From: a cyanobacterium endosymbiont of Braarudosphaera bigelowii
Lineage (GTDB): Bacteria > Cyanobacteriota > Cyanobacteriia > Cyanobacteriales > Microcystaceae
NCBI RefSeq assembly: GCF_020885515.1
Contig: NZ_AP024987.1
Span: forward strand, 600,001 to 632,000
Reading direction: 5' to 3'
Length of the DNA stretch: 32,000 nt
A program made the translations under genes and the position numbers. Below the pieces are notes generated by a model that was not told the origin of the DNA, made no database searches, and worked only from the letters and a program-made list of their open reading frames with translations. Below are positions 19,239 through 26,336 of the stretch, one piece after another. The stretch's first letter is position 1. Each line of letters opens with the position of its first letter.

Positions 19239-20366
19239 ATGAGTTATAAGCATACAATTGTTGTTAAAATCGGTACTTCCAATCTCACTCAACCAGAGAC
19301 AAGAAAATTAGTTTTATCAACAATTAATTCTTTAGTTAAAACATTAACTAAGTTAAGACAATCAGGCCATAATATCGTTTTAGTCTCATCAGGAGCTGTT
19401 GGAGTAGGCTGTAGTAGATTAAAGATAAAGAAAACACCTAAAAAAATTTCTTTAAAACAGGCGATCGCTGCAGTAGGACAAGGAAGACTAATGCATGTGT
19501 ATGATGAACTTTTTACTTCAATAGATCAGCCAATAGCACAAATTTTATTAACTCGACGAGAATTAATGGAAAGGAGTTGTTATATAAATGCTAGAAACAC
19601 TTTCAATGCATTATTTAAATTAGGGGTAATTCCCATCGTTAATGAAAATGATACGGTTGCTATTGAAGAGTTAAAGTTTGGTGATAATGATACTCTCTCT
19701 GCTTCAGTTGCAAGTTTAATTAATGCAGATTGGTTGTTTATACTAACGGATGTTGATTATCTTTATTCTGCAGACCCACGTTTATTTCCTGATGCTCAAC
19801 CTATTAGTAATGTTGATAGTATACAATTAGCCAAGCTACAAGTTCAAGCAAATAGTACAGGTTCTCAATGGGGAACAGGAGGAATGTTAACTAAGCTAAC
19901 AGCAGCAAAATTGGCTACTAAAGCAGGAATAACTACAGTTATTACTAATGGGAAATATCCAGAAAACTTGATCAAAATTATTGATGGTGAAGATATTGGA
20001 ACTAAATTTGGTGCATATTTAGATAATGATAATGCTCGTAAACGCTGGATTGCTCATGGTTTATTACCTGTAGGGAAACTTTATCTTGATAAAGAATCAA
20101 TCATAGCAATTTCTCAAAAAGGAAAATCATTATTAGTAGCAGGCGTTATAAAAGTTGAAGGAAACTTTAAATCTTTTGAAGCAGTTAAATTATGTAATGA
20201 AATGGGACAGGAAATTGCAAGGGGAATAGTTAATTACAGTAAACATGAAATTGATAAAATAAATGGAGATCGTTTAGATAACATATCCAAGTTACTAACT
20301 TGTGATAGATATGAGACAATTATACATAAAAATAATTTAGTTATTAGTAAAGTTATTAGACCATAA
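19239..20366 (+). CDS. proB: Glutamate 5-kinase with C-terminal PUA domain
   Basis: 375 aa. [22 protein letters not shown] and FGDNDTLSA motifs. The PUA-like C-terminus is GKLYLDKES...[11 protein letters not shown]. It starts 26 nt after the glk stop, so co-transcription is likely. A HIP1 octamer lies at 19461..19468. Confidence 0.92.
   Translation: MSYKHTIVVKIGTSNLTQPETRKLVLSTINSLVKTLTKLRQSGHNIVLVSSGAVGVGCSRLKIKKTPKKISLKQAIAAVGQGRLMHVYDELFTSIDQPIAQILLTRRELMERSCYINARNTFNALFKLGVIPIVNENDTVAIEELKFGDNDTLSASVASLINADWLFILTDVDYLYSADPRLFPDAQPISNVDSIQLAKLQVQANSTGSQWGTGGMLTKLTAAKLATKAGITTVITNGKYPENLIKIIDGEDIGTKFGAYLDNDNARKRWIAHGLLPVGKLYLDKESIIAISQKGKSLLVAGVIKVEGNFKSFEAVKLCNEMGQEIARGIVNYSKHEIDKINGDRLDNISKLLTCDRYETIIHKNNLVISKVIRP
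19461..19468. repeat. HIP1 octamer GCGATCGC, copy 2
   Basis: Exact GCGATCGC inside proB, reading cag GCG ATC GCt gca = Q-A-I-A-A. Confidence 0.7.
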
Positions 20367-20437
20367 TTTATATGTATCTAAATTCTAAAACTTTATTGTT
20401 AGAAATATATATCAACATTTCTAAAAGACTAAAAAGT

Positions 20438-20484
20438 TTTCACAGTTAAGTCTACGAAAAAAATTCGTAGACTTAACTGTGAAA
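20438..20484. terminator. Bidirectional intrinsic terminator between convergent proB and petE
   Basis: 21-bp perfect stem: tttcacagttaagtctacgaa (20438..20458) pairs with ttcgtagacttaactgtgaaa (20464..20484), with a 5-nt aaaaa loop. On the minus strand it is followed by ACTTTTTAGTCTTTT, and on the plus strand by TTATAATTT. Confidence 0.65.
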
Positions 20485-20502
20485 TTATAATTTCCAGTGT
20501 AA

Positions 20503-20862
20503 TTACTGTACGATAATTTTACCAACCATACCAGCTCCACGATGAGGCTCACAGTAATAAGTATATTCTCCAGCTTCATTGAAAGTACTTTCAAATGATT
20601 CTCCAGGAGAAAACAGTAATCCTTTATGAGAATATTCTGAAGAGTTTTCAAATACAACATTGTGGGGAGCTAATTTATTATTGATCCATTTAACAGTATC
20701 TCCTGATTTAATGGTTACTGTTTTTGGCTGAAATCCTAGCATTCCAGAATCGGTTCCCATTTTTACCTCAAAAGTCTTAGCTGCAGCAGGGCTAGCCGCA
20801 ACGAAAAAACTAGAAATAACTAGGCAAAATGCAGCAATAAGCAATCCTAATTTCTTTAGCAT
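20503..20862 (-). CDS. petE: Plastocyanin precursor
   Basis: 119 aa. Signal peptide ending SPAAA|KT. Type-1 copper ligands are His in APHNVVF and the C-x2-H-x4-M motif in [13 protein letters not shown]. Confidence 0.95.
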   Translation of the reverse strand: MLKKLGLLIAAFCLVISSFFVAASPAAAKTFEVKMGTDSGMLGFQPKTVTIKSGDTVKWINNKLAPHNVVFENSSEYSHKGLLFSPGESFESTFNEAGEYTYYCEPHRGAGMVGKIIVQ

Positions 20863-20928
20863 ATTATTGTTCCTACCAGTGTCTTAATTAAAAGAAGAAT
20901 TAACGTAACTCTTTCGGTTATACATCTT

Positions 20929-20957
20929 ACTATAAAGCTAATAATGAAGTTTGACAA
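20929..20957 (-). promoter_or_regulatory. Candidate sigma70-type promoter of petE (TTGTCA-N17-TATAGT)
   Basis: Minus strand reads TTGTCA (20957..20952), a 17-nt spacer, then TATAGT (20934..20929). This lies about 67 nt upstream of the petE ATG at 20862. Confidence 0.4.
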
Positions 20958-21102
20958 CCTGTCTTTGGACAAAAGTTAATATTTTTGCTTCATTCTAATG
21001 AATATACTATTGAGTAACATATTCATAAAAAAATATAAAATTATTATCAGATGATTTTTATTGACTGACACTTAAGAAAATATCATTAAACCTAATATAT
21101 TG

Positions 21103-21157
21103 AAACTTTATTAATACGATGGTTCATGAGTATCGAACTACCATATTAATAAAGTTT
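21103..21157 (-). terminator. Structured hairpin 25 nt downstream of the typA stop; possible terminator
   Basis: 14-bp perfect outer stem: aaactttattaata (21103..21116) pairs with tattaataaagttt (21144..21157). It encloses a 27-nt interior with further pairing (tggt/acca, gttc/gaac). No strong U-tract. Confidence 0.35.
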
Positions 21158-21181
21158 AATTCTTCAAATTAGTTTACAAAA

Positions 21182-22975
21182 TCACTTCTTCGCTAATTTT
21201 TTTGTTTTGACCTTTCGTAAACGAATAGATTCTGGAGTCACCTCTACAAGTTCGTCAGGGCCAATATACTCTAAAGCCCTTTCCAAGTTCATATCTACTG
21301 GTGTTTGTAACTGGACCAATTCTTCGCCACCCGAGGCACGGTGATTAGTTAACTGTTTAGTTTTACAAACATTTATTTCTATATCTGGTGGACGATTATG
21401 TTCTCCAATAACCATTCCTTTATACACTTTTGTACCAGGTGAAATAAAGAAGACTCCTCTATCTTCTCCATTTTTCATTGCATAAAAAGTTGATACACCT
21501 TCTTCAAAAGAAATCATCACACCGTTATAACGAGTTTCTAAGTTACCAGATATAGGACGATAGTCCAAAAAACTATGATTCATAATTCCATCTCCTCGTG
21601 AAAGACGAATAAAATCTCCACGAAAACCTAGTAATCCTCTAGCAGGTATAATAAATTCGATTTGTGTTCGTCCATTAATACCTGCTTGCATATCTTGCAT
21701 CTCTCCTCTCCTTTGCCCCAAGCGCTCCATACAGGATCCAACAGCCTCTTCAGGAACATCTAGAACTAAGTATTCAAAAGGTTCATGAGATTGCCCATTA
21801 ATCTGTCTATAGATAACCCGGGGTTGAGCAACTTGAAACTCATAACCTTCTCTACGCATAGTTTCGATGAGGATACCTAAATGTAATTCCCCTCTCCCGG
21901 AAACCAAAAACTTATCGGGAGAATCTCCAATATCTACTTTTAAAGCAACGTTAGTTTCTAATTCTCTTATTAGGCGATCACGTAATTGTCGAGAAGTAAC
22001 AAACTTTCCTTCTTGGCCTGCAAAAGGAGAATCGTTAACTGAAAAAGTCATCTGTAAAGTAGGTTCATCAACTTTAATTAAAGGTAATGGTTGAGGGTTT
22101 TCAGGACAAGCTAAAGTCTCTCCAATGTTGGCATCAGCAAAGCCTGCTACAGCTACAATATTACCTGCAGTACTTTCTTTTAGTTCTACTCTTTGTAGTC
22201 CTTCGAATCCTAAAAGTTTACTAATTTTTCCTTTAGCATAACTGCCATCTTCTTTGATTAGTGTCGCTTGTTGTCCAGCAACAATTGTTCCATTATTAAT
22301 ACGACCTATTATGATACGTCCTAAATATTCTGAATAATCTAAAGTAGTAACTTGCAACTGTAAAGGTTTTTCCACATCTCCTGATGGAGGAGGAACACAG
22401 CGTAAAATTGCTTGAAAAAGAGGCTGCATATCTACAGAATCATCTTCTAAATTTACTTTTGCAAATCCCGAAATACCAGAAGCAAACAAAGTTGTAAAAT
22501 CGCATTGATCATCATCACCTCCCAATTCAACGAAAAGATCAAATACTTTATCAACAGCTTGATCTGGTTCAGCCTGAGGACGATCAATTTTATTTACAAC
22601 AACAATAGGACGCAAACCTTTCTCTAGAGCTTTTTTAAGCACAAAACGAGTTTGAGGCATAGGACCTTCATTAGCGTCCACAATTAAAATACAACCATCA
22701 ACCATCCCTAATACTCGTTCAACTTCCCCGCCAAAGTCTGCGTGTCCAGGGGTATCAATAATATTGATCAAAGTATTCTCGTAGCGGACGGCAGTGTTTT
22801 TTGATAGAATAGTAATGCCACGTTCTCTTTCTAAAGTATTAGAATCCATCACACAGTCAGGTATCTCTTCTCCTTCACGGAAAATACCAGACTGTTTAAG
22901 AAGAGCATCAACCAAGGTGGTTTTACCGTGATCGACGTGGGCGATGATAGCAACATTGCGAATGAGGAGAGACAT
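21182..22975 (-). CDS. typA: Translational GTPase TypA/BipA
   Basis: G-domain [26 protein letters not shown] place the start at ATG 22975 ([20 protein letters not shown], 597 aa), the usual TypA N-terminus. The ORF-track start at 23044 is a TTG inside the upstream palindrome and adds 23 non-conserved residues. Confidence 0.93.
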   Translation of the reverse strand: MSLLIRNVAIIAHVDHGKTTLVDALLKQSGIFREGEEIPDCVMDSNTLERERGITILSKNTAVRYENTLINIIDTPGHADFGGEVERVLGMVDGCILIVDANEGPMPQTRFVLKKALEKGLRPIVVVNKIDRPQAEPDQAVDKVFDLFVELGGDDDQCDFTTLFASGISGFAKVNLEDDSVDMQPLFQAILRCVPPPSGDVEKPLQLQVTTLDYSEYLGRIIIGRINNGTIVAGQQATLIKEDGSYAKGKISKLLGFEGLQRVELKESTAGNIVAVAGFADANIGETLACPENPQPLPLIKVDEPTLQMTFSVNDSPFAGQEGKFVTSRQLRDRLIRELETNVALKVDIGDSPDKFLVSGRGELHLGILIETMRREGYEFQVAQPRVIYRQINGQSHEPFEYLVLDVPEEAVGSCMERLGQRRGEMQDMQAGINGRTQIEFIIPARGLLGFRGDFIRLSRGDGIMNHSFLDYRPISGNLETRYNGVMISFEEGVSTFYAMKNGEDRGVFFISPGTKVYKGMVIGEHNRPPDIEINVCKTKQLTNHRASGGEELVQLQTPVDMNLERALEYIGPDELVEVTPESIRLRKVKTKKLAKK

Positions 22976-23036
22976 AGGATGCAGTAATGAAGGTAGTGTA
23001 GTTATACTACTGTTAGTTTTCTTATAATTGTAACTT

Positions 23037-23105
23037 ATATTCAATTAGAGGTCTAAAGAAAATATCAATTTTTATGATATTTTCTTTAGACCTCTAATTG
23101 AATAT
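23037..23105. repeat. 31-bp perfect inverted repeat (69-nt palindromic hairpin) 62 nt upstream of the typA start
   Basis: atattcaattagaggtctaaagaaaatatca (23037..23067) pairs without mismatch with tgatattttctttagacctctaattgaatat (23075..23105). The loop is the 7-nt attttta. I found no second copy in the window. Confidence 0.9.
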
Positions 23106-23220
23106 CTAATTTTAGGGAGAAACACCTTAATATCGAATACTAAAAAAACTATAAGAATTAATTTTTTTTGGTGATCCACCTAATTCATACTCTACGTCAC
23201 TATACATATTGATAAAAGTA

Positions 23221-23266
23221 TAAGTAAGGCAATGAATCGCACAATATCTAATCATTGCCTTACTTA
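23221..23266. repeat. 15-bp perfect inverted repeat with a 16-nt loop in the ssrA-typA spacer
   Basis: taagtaaggcaatga (23221..23235) pairs with tcattgccttactta (23252..23266). Confidence 0.6.
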
Positions 23267-23406
23267 ATTTAAGGATGAAACGATTTTTAATATTATTTCT
23301 TGGGTTCAAAATAAATTAAATATTTTATTTACCAAATTATGAATACATGACTATCGCTTTGATTTTTATATAATGCTATATATATTTTGCAAAGAAAATT
23401 TGTAAA

Positions 23407-23445
23407 ATATAGAACTATTTATTTTAAATATTAATAGTTCTATAT
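23407..23445 (-). terminator. Intrinsic terminator of ssrA
   Basis: 13-bp perfect stem: atatagaactatt (23407..23419) pairs with aatagttctatat (23433..23445). It begins 20 nt past the tmRNA 3' end. On the minus strand it is followed by TTTACAAATTTTCTTT. Confidence 0.6.
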
Positions 23446-23465
23446 AAGCGGTAATGAATTATTTA

Positions 23466-23852
23466 TGGAGCCGAGCAGAGTCGAACTGCTGTCCAAATTA
23501 GTTATTATCCTAAAGTTCATTCACAGGCTTAGCCTTTTTATTCCTCAAGGCAGGACTTACTCTCAATACCCGAGTAAAAAGGTTACTCTGATAAATCTTT
23601 TCTTAATAGTCGATCAGAGACAACTTGTTAAGAGTATCCGTTAAGGGTTGATCTCTTACTTTTAACGGAGTCAAGTATGAGATAAGCGAGTTCTATAAAA
23701 GAATTTTTAGGCAGCTACTGCCACGCGCTTGAAGTTTACGATGTTATTCGCAGTTACTATTTTTTTTGAGCCTTTGATTTACGAGAGGAGACTCACTCTC
23801 GACCTGCATCACAATTCAGAGTTCGCTAACTTGTCGAAACCGTTGCGGCCCC
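23466..23852 (-). ncRNA. ssrA: tmRNA (SsrA), standard one-piece form, 387 nt, CCA not encoded
   Basis: The minus strand begins GGGGCCGCAACGGTTTCGACAAG and ends GGACAGCAGTTCGACTCTGCTCGGCTCCA. The acceptor stem GGGGCCG/CGGCTCC includes the G3:U AlaRS identity pair, and there is a T-arm GCAGTTCGACTCTGC. An internal tag ORF is present (see next feature). Confidence 0.93.
23707..23751 (-). other. tmRNA tag-peptide reading frame: (A)NNIVNFKRVAVAA-stop
   Basis: GCG AAT AAC ATC GTA AAC TTC AAG CGC GTG GCA GTA GCT GCC TAA on the minus strand. The resume codon GCG is at 23751..23749. The hydrophobic C-terminus xVAA is typical of ClpXP/Tsp degradation tags. Confidence 0.85.
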
Positions 23853-23872
23853 AGATTTCGTTTACATTAAAG

Positions 23873-23901
23873 ATTATAAAGATAATTTTAATTTTTTGCA
23901 A
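23873..23901 (-). promoter_or_regulatory. Candidate sigma70-type promoter of ssrA (TTGCAA-N17-TATAAT)
   Basis: Minus strand reads TTGCAA (23901..23896), a 17-nt spacer, then TATAAT (23878..23873). This implies a short leader of roughly 14 nt removed by RNase P to give the mature 5' end at 23852. Confidence 0.45.
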
Positions 23902-23988
23902 CGTAACAACTTATTAAATATTAAAAAATTTATGACAAATGTCATGTTTTTTAATTTAAACTATCTAGATTAATAATTATTGATATTT

Positions 23989-24975
23989 ATGTTCCCTATT
24001 AATCGCCCTCGTCGTTTACGTCGTAATCAAAAATTACGTAGCATGGTTCGTGAAACACAATTAACATTAGACGACTTAATCTATCCTTTATTCGCAGTTC
24101 CAGGAAATAATGTTGTTAAAGAAGTAAAATCTATGCCTGGTATTTTCCAATTATCAATAGACAAAATTGTAGATGAAGCAAAAATAGTTCGTGATCTAGG
24201 AATTCCATCGATTATTCTTTTTGGTATTCCAGAAAATAAAAATATTGAAGCTACAGGTGCATGGGATGGACGAGGCATAGTACAGCAGGCTGTCGAAGCA
24301 ATTAAGAAGGAAGTCCAGGACTTAATAGTTATTGTTGACACTTGTTTGTGTGAATACACTAATCATGGACATTGTGGATATTTACAAAAAGATAACTTTA
24401 CAGGAGAAGTTTTAAACGATCCAACTTTAGAATTATTAAAAAAAACTGCTGTTTCTCAAGCACTTGCAGGAGCTGATGTGATTGCACCTTCCGGAATGAT
24501 GGATGGTTTTGTAACATCTATCAGAGAAGGATTAGATAAAGAAGGTTTTAGTAATATTCCTATTCTATCTTATGCAGCTAAGTATGCTTCTGGTTATTAT
24601 GGGCCATTTCGAGATGCTGCAGATTCATCTCCACAATTTGGTGATCGTCGGACTTATCAAATGGATCCTGGAAACGCTAGAGAAGCACTAAAAGAAGTTA
24701 TGTTAGATATTGAAGAAGGAGCAGATATGCTAATGGTTAAACCTGCATTATCTTATATGGATATCATTTGGAGGATTAAAGAAATAACAAATCTTCCTGT
24801 TGCTGCATATAATGTCTCTGGTGAATATTCAATGGTTAAAGCTGCAGCAGCTAATAAGTGGATAGACGAAAAGCAAGTAACATTAGAGACCTTAACTAGT
24901 TTCAAAAGAGCTGGCGCAGATCTTATCTTAACTTATCATGCAAAAGATGCTGCTCGTTGGATACAAGGAAAGTAG
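23989..24975 (+). CDS. hemB: Porphobilinogen synthase (delta-aminolevulinic acid dehydratase), cysteine-rich zinc-type site
   Basis: RPRRLR N-terminus, [14 protein letters not shown] metal site, and active-site lysines in SYAAKYAS and LMVKPA. I prefer ATG 23989 (328 aa) over the ORF-track TTG at 23980. Confidence 0.93.
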   Translation: MFPINRPRRLRRNQKLRSMVRETQLTLDDLIYPLFAVPGNNVVKEVKSMPGIFQLSIDKIVDEAKIVRDLGIPSIILFGIPENKNIEATGAWDGRGIVQQAVEAIKKEVQDLIVIVDTCLCEYTNHGHCGYLQKDNFTGEVLNDPTLELLKKTAVSQALAGADVIAPSGMMDGFVTSIREGLDKEGFSNIPILSYAAKYASGYYGPFRDAADSSPQFGDRRTYQMDPGNAREALKEVMLDIEEGADMLMVKPALSYMDIIWRIKEITNLPVAAYNVSGEYSMVKAAAANKWIDEKQVTLETLTSFKRAGADLILTYHAKDAARWIQGK

Positions 24976-25121
24976 TTTTTAACAATAAAAATTTAATTTT
25001 CATATTCCTGGTCTACTTATACATTGGTAGGCCAAAAGCTTAGCTCATTTTGTAAATATATTAAGATTGTAAAAATAAATCCTTATTTTTTCTAAAAAAT
25101 GCTAAAAATTAATGTATTTAG

Positions 25122-25158
25122 TAATACTTAGAGCTATCAGTTAAAGCTCTAAGTATTA
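25122..25158 (+). terminator. Hairpin downstream of hemB; possible terminator
   Basis: 14-bp perfect stem: taatacttagagct (25122..25135) pairs with agctctaagtatta (25145..25158), with a 9-nt loop. It is followed by GTCGACGTGTATTTTAT. It lies 147 nt after the hemB stop and 105 nt before tRNA-Gly. Confidence 0.4.
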
Positions 25159-25262
25159 GTCGACGTGTATTTTATAGAATAAAAGCATCTCTGATGTAAT
25201 CTATTTTGCCAATAAATATATATTGTGTTATTATATATAAGGTTTAAAGAAATGATATCTTT

Positions 25263-25333
25263 GCGGGTGTAGTTTAGTGGTAAAACCTTAGCCTTCCAAG
25301 CTAATGATGGGGGTTCGATTCCCCCCACCCGCT
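25263..25333 (+). tRNA. tRNA-Gly (anticodon UCC), 71 nt, CCA not encoded
   Basis: Cloverleaf by hand: acceptor gcgggtg/cacccgc, D-arm gttt-agtggta-aaac, anticodon arm ttagc-cTTCCaa-gctaa (UCC at 25295..25297), 4-nt variable loop, T-arm ggggg-ttcgatt-ccccc, discriminator T. Confidence 0.93.
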
Positions 25334-25395
25334 TTATTAAAATTAAATGATATAGTAATTATGTTTTAAAGTCATGAGGTAAATGACAGTTATTT

Positions 25396-26226
25396 ATGTT
25401 ACTAGGACTTCAATTTCAATCTCCTGGTCCTATAATATTCGAGCTAGGACCTTTCATTTTAAGATGGTACGGTTTTTTAATTGCCTCTGCAGTTTTGATT
25501 GGAATTACGTTATCGAAATGGTTAGCAAAATTTCGTCGAGTTGAATCAGAAATTATAAGTGACTTAGCAATTTGGATAGTAATAGCTGCTATTCCTTGTG
25601 CAAGAATTTATTATGTTATATTTCAATGGCAGGTTTATAGTCAATACCCAGAAGATATCATTGCTGTTTGGAAAGGGGGTATTGCTATTCATGGGGCTAT
25701 TATCGGAGGAATTTTATCTACCTTGATATTTGCACGTTTGAATAAAACTTCTTTTTGGCAATTAACTGATTTAGTAGTTCCATCTGCAGTATTGGGGCAG
25801 TCTATTGGTAGATGGGGAAATTTTTTCAATTCTGAAGCTTTTGGAACACCAACTAATCTACCATGGAAACTATATATTCCCTTAATAAACCGTCCTACAG
25901 AATATATTTCTTTTGAATATTTTCATCCCACTTTTTTGTATGAATCTATCTGGGATTTTTTAGTTTTTATAATTTTATTAACTTTATTCTTTTTTGGATT
26001 AAAGTATCCAAACTATTTTTATACTGGGACTTTATCGTTAGTATATTTAATAGCATATAGTTTTGGCAGAATTCTCATAGAAACACTTAGAATAGATAGT
26101 TTAATTTTAGGACCATTTAGAGCAGCACAGGTTATTAGCTTAATTATGATTATTTCAGGAATATTTGGACTAGTGTGGTTATATCTTTTAAATAAATCTT
26201 TGCCAGATGTAATCTCTCATAAATAA
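25396..26226 (+). CDS. lgt: Prolipoprotein (phosphatidylglycerol) diacylglyceryl transferase
   Basis: 276 aa polytopic protein with RWYGFLIA, GGIAIHGAIIGG and the Lgt signature GRWGNFFNSEAFG. Confidence 0.92.
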   Translation: MLLGLQFQSPGPIIFELGPFILRWYGFLIASAVLIGITLSKWLAKFRRVESEIISDLAIWIVIAAIPCARIYYVIFQWQVYSQYPEDIIAVWKGGIAIHGAIIGGILSTLIFARLNKTSFWQLTDLVVPSAVLGQSIGRWGNFFNSEAFGTPTNLPWKLYIPLINRPTEYISFEYFHPTFLYESIWDFLVFIILLTLFFFGLKYPNYFYTGTLSLVYLIAYSFGRILIETLRIDSLILGPFRAAQVISLIMIISGIFGLVWLYLLNKSLPDVISHK

Positions 26227-26336
26227 AGCCAGAATATCAATCTTCTTAGCTTCATTATTGTAATGAAATTTAGATTGAATGATGTATCTGGCTTTTAAAA
26301 TTTTTTATTAAACGCTTTACATTCATCTCTTACAAT

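Noticed and set aside
20421-20660. 79-aa minus-strand ORF overlapping petE in another frame and running through the terminator hairpin
   Set aside because: It overlaps the unambiguous plastocyanin frame and includes the 21-bp terminator stem. No motif supports it.
20951-20982. Plus-strand TTGACA followed by TAATAT, which would drive RNA antisense to typA
   Set aside because: The spacer is 20 nt, too long for a sigma70-type promoter. The TTGACA is simply the complement-overlap of the better-spaced minus-strand petE promoter TTGTCA-N17-TATAGT.
22976-23044. 5' extension of typA to the ORF-track start (620 aa, MNISYNYKKTNSS...)
   Set aside because: That start is a TTG inside the 31-bp palindrome, and the extra 23 residues are not TypA-like. 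The conserved N-terminus begins at ATG 22975 ([20 protein letters not shown]).
23127-23309. 60-aa minus-strand ORF in the ssrA-typA spacer
   Set aside because: It has no motif and an AT-driven composition, and it spans a 15-bp perfect hairpin. It is retained only as something to test for conservation (see the finding at 23106..23406).
23729-23917. 62-aa + strand ORF
   Set aside because: It overlaps, in antisense, the 5' half of the tmRNA gene and its promoter.
23932-23945. 14-bp palindrome ATGACA-AA-TGTCAT 44 nt upstream of hemB
   Set aside because: Six-bp arms are expected several times by chance in about 5 kb of AT-rich spacer, and it matches no regulator consensus I know.
26224-26296. 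Long-range stem aaagccaga/tctggcttt enclosing a tcatta-ttg-taatga hairpin after lgt, followed by a T-rich run
   Set aside because: The 9-bp closing stem spans an interior of about 53 nt, which is not a canonical terminator. The downstream 7TMR-HD gene is co-directional, so read-through is equally likely. The evidence is insufficient for a feature call.
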